Shown here: piece after piece, positions 52,160-58,058 of the stretch
Position numbering within the stretch: the first letter of the stretch is position 1
Layout: the number at the start of each line of letters is the position of its first letter
DNA from: Candidatus Fervidifonticultor quintus
GTDB lineage: Bacteria; Sysuimicrobiota; Sysuimicrobiia; Sysuimicrobiales; Humicultoraceae
Assembly: GCA_031459535.1 (NCBI GenBank)
Contig: JAVKIJ010000008.1
Coordinates: forward strand, 1 to 58,058
Direction of reading: 5' to 3'
DNA: 58,058 nt
Translations under genes and position numbers: made by a program
The notes under the pieces: model-generated
The model's input: only the letters and a program-made list of their open reading frames with translations
Database searches by the model: none
Told to the model about the DNA's origin: nothing

Positions 52160-53712
52160 GGCCGGTGTCCCGCCATCATCAGGCCGATCTGCTCCGGGCT
52201 GGCGCGGTCGGCAGGCACCGTGCCGACGATCTCGCCGCGAAAGATGACGGCAACCCGGTCCGACAGTGCCAGCACCTCGTCCAGGTCCTCTGAGACCAGA
52301 AACACGCCCGCGCCCTGTTCCCGCCGACGGAGCAACAGGCTGTGGATCTGCTCAGTCGCGCTCACGTCGAGCCCGTACGTGGGATGCGACGCGATGATCA
52401 GCCCCGGCTGGGCGGCCAGCTCCCGGGCCAGGATGAGACGCTGGATGTTGCCGCCTGACAGCAGCTTTGCCGGTAGAGCGGGCGACGGCGTGGCGATCTC
52501 ATACTCCTCGATAAGTCCCCGGGCAAACTGCCCGATGGCCGCGTAGTCCAGCAGCGGGCCGCGGGAAAACGGCGGATATCGGTAGCGGCGCAGGACCAGG
52601 TTCTCGGCGACCGACATGCCAGGTACGATCCCGGTTCGGATGCGGTCCTCGGGGATGTGCGCCGCGCCGGCCTCCAGCACCTCGCGCGCCGACCGGTTGG
52701 TCACATCGCGCCCCAGGATCCGCACACGGCCCCGGCGTGCCGGCCGCAGGCCCGCGAGCACCTCCACCAGCTCGCGCTGCCCGTTGCCAGCCACACCGGC
52801 CAGACCCAGAATCTCTCCGCCGCGTACTACAAACGACACCCCGCGCAGGGCCGGGAGACCACGATCCGTGGTCGCCTCCAGATCCTCGACCGCCAGGGCC
52901 TCGCCCTCCGGCGTCCTGGCCGGCTTGTCCACCCGGAACTCGACCTCGCGGCCCACCATCATGCGGGCCAGCGCCCGCTTGTCCACCGCGAGGGTGGAGG
53001 CGGTGCCAACGAGCCGGCCTTTGCGCAACACCGAGACGCGATCGGCGATGGCCGCTACCTCGTCCAGCTTGTGGGTGATGAAGATGATGGCGTGCCCCTC
53101 GGCCTTCATGCGCCGGAGCACGTCGAACAATCCCTGGGTCTCCTGCGGGGTGAGCACACTGGTCGGCTCGTCGAGGATGAGGATGCGGGCACCCCGGATC
53201 AGAGCCTTGAGGATCTCCACCCTCTGGTGCTCGCTGGGCGACAGCTCCCAGATCCGCGCCCGGGGGTCGATGACCAGCCCATATCTCTCCCCCAGGGCGG
53301 CGATGCGGGCCTCGATGCGCCGTGCGGGAAAGAGAAACGACTCCTCGGGCAGTCCCAACGCCACGTTCTCTGCCACGGTGTGGCGCCGCACCAGGAGAAA
53401 GTGCTGCGGGACCATGCCGATGCCCAGCGCGATCGCATCGCGAGGCGACCGGATGCGCGCCAATCTGCCCCAGACGACCACCTCGCCCGCGTCGGGCTGG
53501 TAGACGCCGTACAACACGTTCATCAGGGTGGTCTTGCCCGCCCCGTTCTCGCCGAGCAGCGCGTGGACTTCTCCCGCCCGGACTTCAAGGGTGATGCGGT
53601 CGTTGGCCACGACTCCGGGGAAGGTCTTGGTGATGTCGCGCAGGACCACGACCGGTCCGGCGGCAGGGACCGGTGTGGCGACCGACGGCGGGGCGCTCTG
53701 GGGGCGAATCAC
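52156..53712 (-). CDS. Nucleoside/sugar ABC ATPase with two NBDs (NupA-like); GTG start at 53712 is inferred
   Basis: FPGVVAND, GENGAGKTT, LDEPT, ITHKL, GVAGNGQ, IPEDR, LSGGN. Confidence 0.9.
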   Translation of the reverse strand: MIRPQSAPPSVATPVPAAGPVVVLRDITKTFPGVVANDRITLEVRAGEVHALLGENGAGKTTLMNVLYGVYQPDAGEVVVWGRLARIRSPRDAIALGIGMVPQHFLLVRRHTVAENVALGLPEESFLFPARRIEARIAALGERYGLVIDPRARIWELSPSEHQRVEILKALIRGARILILDEPTSVLTPQETQGLFDVLRRMKAEGHAIIFITHKLDEVAAIADRVSVLRKGRLVGTASTLAVDKRALARMMVGREVEFRVDKPARTPEGEALAVEDLEATTDRGLPALRGVSFVVRGGEILGLAGVAGNGQRELVEVLAGLRPARRGRVRILGRDVTNRSAREVLEAGAAHIPEDRIRTGIVPGMSVAENLVLRRYRYPPFSRGPLLDYAAIGQFARGLIEEYEIATPSPALPAKLLSGGNIQRLILARELAAQPGLIIASHPTYGLDVSATEQIHSLLLRRREQGAGVFLVSEDLDEVLALSDRVAVIFRGEIVGTVPADRASPEQIGLMMAGHRP

Positions 53713-53721
53713 ATCCTGGAT

Positions 53722-53750
53722 GTTCTGCGGGCAGCCAGCCGCTTCCCTTC
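53722..53750 (-). promoter_or_regulatory. Putative sigma-H-like promoter GAAGGG-N19-GAAC, ending 9 nt before GTG 53712
   Basis: Same motif-to-start distance as at ade. Confidence 0.45.
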
Positions 53751-53785
53751 GAACGGCCTCGGGCGCGTGGCGCGGCACCGCTCCC

Positions 53786-54397
53786 TTATGCGCCGCGCGC
53801 GGCCAACACCTCCATGACGCGCGCCAGCGATACGCGTCGCGCGGCCAGCAGTACCAGCAAGTGGTAGAGCAGGTCGGCCGCCTCTTCGGCGACGCGCATG
53901 TCCGACTCGTCCCCGGCAGCGCGGACGACCTCCTCGGCCTCCTCGGTGACCTTGGCACCGATCCGGTCGGCCCCGGCCCGCAGGAGCGAGGCGGTGTACG
54001 ACTCCGACGGCATCACGGCCTGCCGGTGAGCGATGACCTGTTCAAGCCGCGCCAGCACCGGACCGCCGGGTCCCTGCTCCTCGCCGTCGGCGCCCCGGTA
54101 GAAGCACGACTCCCGTCCCGTGTGGCAGGCCGGTCCGGCCGGGACCACCTGCACCACGATCGCGTCTCCATCACAGTCGACGCGGAGATCGGTCACGCGC
54201 TGCGTGTGCCCGGACGCCTCGCCCTTGTGCCACAGCGTCTGACGGGACCGGCTGAAGAACCATGTCTCACCCGTCTGTCGGGTGCGCTCGAGGGCCTCGC
54301 GATTCATCCACGCCAGGGTGAGCACCACCCCGGTTCGCGCATCCTGGACCACCGCGGGCAGCAGCCCGGCGTCCCAGCACAGCGGCGCGTCGCTCAC
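53786..54397 (-). CDS. hisIE: Bifunctional PR-AMP cyclohydrolase/PR-ATP pyrophosphatase
   Basis: [38 protein letters not shown]. Confidence 0.95.
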   Translation of the reverse strand: MSDAPLCWDAGLLPAVVQDARTGVVLTLAWMNREALERTRQTGETWFFSRSRQTLWHKGEASGHTQRVTDLRVDCDGDAIVVQVVPAGPACHTGRESCFYRGADGEEQGPGGPVLARLEQVIAHRQAVMPSESYTASLLRAGADRIGAKVTEEAEEVVRAAGDESDMRVAEEAADLLYHLLVLLAARRVSLARVMEVLAARGA

Positions 54398-55182
54398 GTG
54401 TACACCTCCTGCGGGTCCAGGCGCACCGGCACGCCGGAGGCGGCCAGTGCGGCCTTCACGGTCGGAATCGGGTATTGATCGAAGTGAAAGATCGAGGCGG
54501 CCAGCGCCGCGTCCGCGCCGCCGAGCGTGAGCACCTCGACCAGATGCTGAGGGCTGCCGGCACCACCCGAGGCGATGACCGGGATGTCGACAGCCCGGGC
54601 CACCAGCCGAGTCAGCTCCAGGTCGTAACCGTTTGCGGTGCCGTCACGATCGATGCTGGTCAACAGGATCTCCCCGGCGCCCAGGCGCGCCACCTCGACG
54701 GCCCAAGCGACGGCGTCGGCCCCGGTTGGCCTGCGGCCGCCATGGGTCACCACCTCGAACCACGGGGCGTGGCCGTCGGCCCGTCGGCGGGCGTCAATGG
54801 CGACCACGACGCACTGGCTGCCGAAGCGATCGGCGCACTCGGCCACCAGGGCCGGCCGAACCACCGCGGCCGTGTTGATGGCGACCTTGTCGGCGCCCGC
54901 CAGCAACAGGTCGCGCACGTCGTCCGCGCTCCGCACACCTCCACCCACCGTGAGCGGGATGAACACCTGCTCGGCTGTGCGCCGCACTACGTCCAGGAGC
55001 GCGCCGCGCCCCTCCACCGACGCCGTGATGTCCAGGTAGACTAGCTCGTCGGCGCCGTCGCGGTCGTAGCGCGCGGCCAGGTCCACCGGATCGCCCGCGT
55101 CGCGCAGGTCCACGAACGCCCGGCCCTTCACGACCCGGCCCGCGCGCACATCAAGGCATGGCACCACCCGCCTCGCCAGCAT
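54394..55182 (-). CDS. hisF: IGP synthase cyclase subunit
   Basis: [32 protein letters not shown]. Confidence 0.97.
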   Translation of the reverse strand: MLARRVVPCLDVRAGRVVKGRAFVDLRDAGDPVDLAARYDRDGADELVYLDITASVEGRGALLDVVRRTAEQVFIPLTVGGGVRSADDVRDLLLAGADKVAINTAAVVRPALVAECADRFGSQCVVVAIDARRRADGHAPWFEVVTHGGRRPTGADAVAWAVEVARLGAGEILLTSIDRDGTANGYDLELTRLVARAVDIPVIASGGAGSPQHLVEVLTLGGADAALAASIFHFDQYPIPTVKAALAASGVPVRLDPQEVYT

Positions 55183-55928
55183 CAGCCCCTCCCCCCGACG
55201 GCCGCCAGTGCGGCGCCCAGCCTCAGCCCTCCATCGTAGAGCGCCCGGCCGATGATCGCACCCTCGGCGCCAGCGGCGACGACGCCGCGCAGATGCTCAA
55301 TGGTCGCGATCCCCCCTGCGGCGATGACGGGCACCGGCGTCGCGGCAATCAGCCGCCGTAGCCCGTCCAGATCGGGGCCGGCGAGCATCCCGTCCGCCTC
55401 CACGTCCGTGTAGACGAAGCGAGGGACGCCGCAGGCCGCCAGTTGCTCGGCGGCCTCGAGGACCGAGCGGCGCGACGTGCGGCGCCAGCCCTCGATGGCC
55501 ACCGCGCCGCCGCGCCCATCCAGCGCCACCGCGATGCGCGCACCGTAGGCCGCGATCGCTTCGGGCAGCAGATCGCCGGCCAGGGCCGCGGTGCCGAGGA
55601 TGGCCCGCGCCGCCCCGGCGTCGAAGACCGCGCGCAGGTCCGCCATCGTCCGCAGGCCGCCCCCCACCTGTACCGCGATGCGCACGGTGCCACAGATGCG
55701 CTGGATGACCCCCAGGTGCCGTGGCGCCCCTGCCAGCGCGCCGTCCAGGTCCACGACGTGCAACCAGCGCGCGCCTTCCGCTTCCCACTGGATGGCCACG
55801 GCGACGGGATCGGCGTCAAAGGGAGTCTGCCGCGACGGATCGCCCTGCCGGAGCCTGACGGCCCGCCCGGCGAGCAGGTCGATGGCGGGATAGAGGACGA
55901 ACGGCCCGTGGTCCACCGCGCGCTCCAC
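55182..55928 (-). CDS. hisA: ProFAR isomerase
   Basis: [31 protein letters not shown]. Confidence 0.95.
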   Translation of the reverse strand: MERAVDHGPFVLYPAIDLLAGRAVRLRQGDPSRQTPFDADPVAVAIQWEAEGARWLHVVDLDGALAGAPRHLGVIQRICGTVRIAVQVGGGLRTMADLRAVFDAGAARAILGTAALAGDLLPEAIAAYGARIAVALDGRGGAVAIEGWRRTSRRSVLEAAEQLAACGVPRFVYTDVEADGMLAGPDLDGLRRLIAATPVPVIAAGGIATIEHLRGVVAAGAEGAIIGRALYDGGLRLGAALAAVGGRG

Positions 55929-55933
55929 CTCCG

Positions 55934-56560
55934 TTACACGAGCTCGCGTCCAGACGCGATCAGCGCCAGGAGATTGCGAAGAATGGCCGCCCCCGTGCGG
56001 CTGCTCTTCTCGGGATGGAACTGCAACCCCCAGATCCGGCCCTGCCTCACCACAGACGCGAACCGGACACCGTACTCGGTCTGCGCCACGACGATACCAG
56101 GGTCGTCGGGAGTGGCGATGTACGAGTGCACGAAGTACACGTATGGCCGGGCGGCCAGTCCGGCAAAGAGCGGATCGCCCGGCCGCGGCTCGAGGGCGTT
56201 CCAGCCCATGTGCGGCACCTTCACCGATGCCGGGAGCCGGCGCACGGTCCCGCGGAGCAGCGACAGGCCCGGGGTGGGTTCTCCCTCCTCGCTGCGCTCG
56301 AACAGGACCTGCATCCCGAGGCAGATGCCCACCAGAGGTACGCCTCTGTGGGCGGCGTCTACCAGGGGCCCGGCAAGGCCCGCCGCGGTCAACCGGCGCA
56401 TGGCAGGTGCGAACGCGCCCACCCCCGGGACCACGATGAAGTCAACACCCGCCAGGCCATCGGCACTCGAGGTGACCACGGGATTGCCGCCTGCCTCGGC
56501 CAGCGCGCGGGCTGCGCTGCGCAGGTTGCCAGCGCCGTAGTCAATCAGGGCAACTCGCAT
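55934..56560 (-). CDS. hisH: IGP synthase glutaminase subunit
   Basis: DYGAGN, PGVG, GICLGMQ, PHMGWN, QFHPEKS. Confidence 0.96.
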   Translation of the reverse strand: MRVALIDYGAGNLRSAARALAEAGGNPVVTSSADGLAGVDFIVVPGVGAFAPAMRRLTAAGLAGPLVDAAHRGVPLVGICLGMQVLFERSEEGEPTPGLSLLRGTVRRLPASVKVPHMGWNALEPRPGDPLFAGLAARPYVYFVHSYIATPDDPGIVVAQTEYGVRFASVVRQGRIWGLQFHPEKSSRTGAAILRNLLALIASGRELV

Positions 56561-57141
56561 CAGAGGACGCCTTTCGTGGAGGGGACGTCACCTCCGGCTA
56601 CAGCCAGGGCCCGCTGGAGCGTCACACCCAGCCCCTTGAAGATCGCCTCGGCCAGATGGTGGCTGTTCCGGCCATACTGCCCCACGACGTGCAGGGTGAC
56701 GGCGGCATGGGTGACGAACGCCCGCAGGAACTCCTCGACCAGGTCCACAGGGAATGCGCCCACCCGATCCGCGGGAAACGTCACGTCGAAGTGCAGGAAC
56801 GGTCGCCCCGACACGTCCAGGGCCACCAGCACCAACGCATCGTCCATCGGCAGGTGCACCGAGGCGAACCGGGCGATCCCCTCGCCCGGGCCGACGGCCT
56901 GGCGCAGCGCCTGGCCCAGGACGATCCCCGCGTCCTCCACGGTGTGGTGGGCGTCGACGGCCAGGTCCCCCGTGGCCCGTACCGACAGGTCCAATCGTCC
57001 GTGGCGCGCCAGCGCCGACAGCAGGTGATCGAAGAATGCCACCCCGGTGGCGACCTCGGCTCGGCCCGCGCCATCCAGGAGCAGCTCCACGGAGACGTCG
57101 GTCTCACTCGTGGTGCGCCTCACCGATGCACCCCGGCTCAC
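56560..57141 (-). CDS. hisB: Imidazoleglycerol-phosphate dehydratase
   Basis: RTTSET, DAHHTVED, PMDD, NSHHLAEAIFK, PSTKG. Confidence 0.95.
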   Translation of the reverse strand: MSRGASVRRTTSETDVSVELLLDGAGRAEVATGVAFFDHLLSALARHGRLDLSVRATGDLAVDAHHTVEDAGIVLGQALRQAVGPGEGIARFASVHLPMDDALVLVALDVSGRPFLHFDVTFPADRVGAFPVDLVEEFLRAFVTHAAVTLHVVGQYGRNSHHLAEAIFKGLGVTLQRALAVAGGDVPSTKGVL

Positions 57142-58058
57142 CGTCGGCCCTCCCGCAGCGACCGGAGCACGGCGTCCAGGGCGTCCAGGAACCGATCGTT
57201 GGCTGCAGGCGATCCGACAGACACCCGCAGGCAGGCGGCGAGCTGGGCGGATCCTGAGACGTCCCTCACCAGCACGCCACGGTCGGCGAGGCCTTCCCAC
57301 ACCGCAGTCGGTGAGAAACCGGGTTCGAACAGCAGGAAGTTCGCCTCGCTAGGATAGGTGCGCAGGCCCATCGCCTCCAGCGCGGCTGTCAGGCGGGCAC
57401 GCTCGAGCAAGACCATCCGCACGCGGGCGGCGGCGATGTCCCGGTGCGCGACCAGCACCGGTGCGGCGGCCTGCACGAACACGTTGAGACCGTAGGGCGG
57501 TGTGACCTTCAGCAGCTCGGCGATGGCGGGCGCTTGGGCCGTCACCCATCCCAATCGCAGCCCGGCACCTGCCATCGCCTTGCTGAACGTTCGCACCACG
57601 AACAGGTGGGGGTACCGGTCAACCGCACCCAACCAGGTGGCGGTCGTGAACTCCCAGTAGGCCTCGTCCAACACCACGGCGCCGGGCGCGCCGGCGATGA
57701 CTGCATCAACGGCGTCGGTCGCCAGCGCGTTGCCAGTGGGGTTGTTGGGGCACGCGAGGTAGATGGCCTCGGCCCGGTGCGCGTGCGCGGCGAAGAGCAG
57801 CGTTTCAGGATCGAGGGTGAAGTCCGGCCCCAGAGGCACCTCGACCACCCTGGCACCGGCGACGGTCGCCAGCGTCCTGGCCATGGAGTAGGTCGGCGCA
57901 GGCATGACCACGGTCCCTCGGGCGGCGAGGGCGCCGAAGAGGGCTCGCAGCGCATCGTTGGACCCCGCAGTTGGCGCCACCATGGACGCCGGTGTCCCCT
58001 GCAGCCGACCGATGGCTTCGCAGACATCTTCGGCCCGCATGCCGGGGTACTGGTGCCA
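57138..58058 (-). CDS. hisC: Histidinol-phosphate aminotransferase (5' end outside the window)
   Basis: PNNPTG, DEAY, RTFSKA..GLRLG, SEANF; position within the his operon. Confidence 0.88.
   Translation of the reverse strand, partial: WHQYPGMRAEDVCEAIGRLQGTPASMVAPTAGSNDALRALFGALAARGTVVMPAPTYSMARTLATVAGARVVEVPLGPDFTLDPETLLFAAHAHRAEAIYLACPNNPTGNALATDAVDAVIAGAPGAVVLDEAYWEFTTATWLGAVDRYPHLFVVRTFSKAMAGAGLRLGWVTAQAPAIAELLKVTPPYGLNVFVQAAAPVLVAHRDIAAARVRMVLLERARLTAALEAMGLRTYPSEANFLLFEPGFSPTAVWEGLADRGVLVRDVSGSAQLAACLRVSVGSPAANDRFLDALDAVLRSLREGRR

Noticed and set aside
53786-58058. HisI-HisE fusion and his gene order as a novelty
   Set aside because: Common arrangement with intact motifs.

Overview
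Gene-dense, very GC-rich bacterial chromosomal segment with about 54 CDSs. I saw no rRNA, tRNA, CRISPR array, transposase or phage gene. Left to right: (1) a + strand unit: His/Cys-motif hypothetical protein, DUF2231-like membrane protein, OmpR/PhoR-type two-component pair, DadA/SoxB-family FAD oxidoreductase. (2) A 17-kb minus-strand run: HEAT protein, cutA, MEMO-like protein, surE, ftsEX, envC-like M23 protein, S41 protease, divergent polysaccharide deacetylase, glutamate dehydrogenase, proline dehydrogenase, ornithine cyclodeaminase family, and a Liv-type ABC transporter with a fused LivG-LivF ATPase. (3) A leaderless PD-(D/E)xK-like gene, hpt and an NMT1/SsuA-type ABC transporter. (4) A 28-kb purine uptake and catabolism island (25578-53712). 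(5) The distal his operon (hisC partial, B, H, A, F, IE). The main candidate for a new system is the purine island. It has markers of the reductive uric-acid/2,8-dioxopurine pathway (fused XDH-like Mo enzyme, SsnA-like, hydantoinase, YgeW-like transcarbamylase, carbamate kinase). Within the window it lacks ygfK, ygeY and a recognisable dpaL, and instead encodes a Mer-like LLM oxidoreductase, an ATCase-fold enzyme that has lost its aspartate-specificity residues, and two other PLP enzymes. Non-coding signals: a recurring AGG-N17-19-GAA promoter-like motif, a probable ATC start codon, duplicated orphan Shine-Dalgarno elements before substrate-binding-protein genes, a DnaA-box match and a 58-nt inverted repeat. 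All family calls come from motif recognition by eye; no database search was run.
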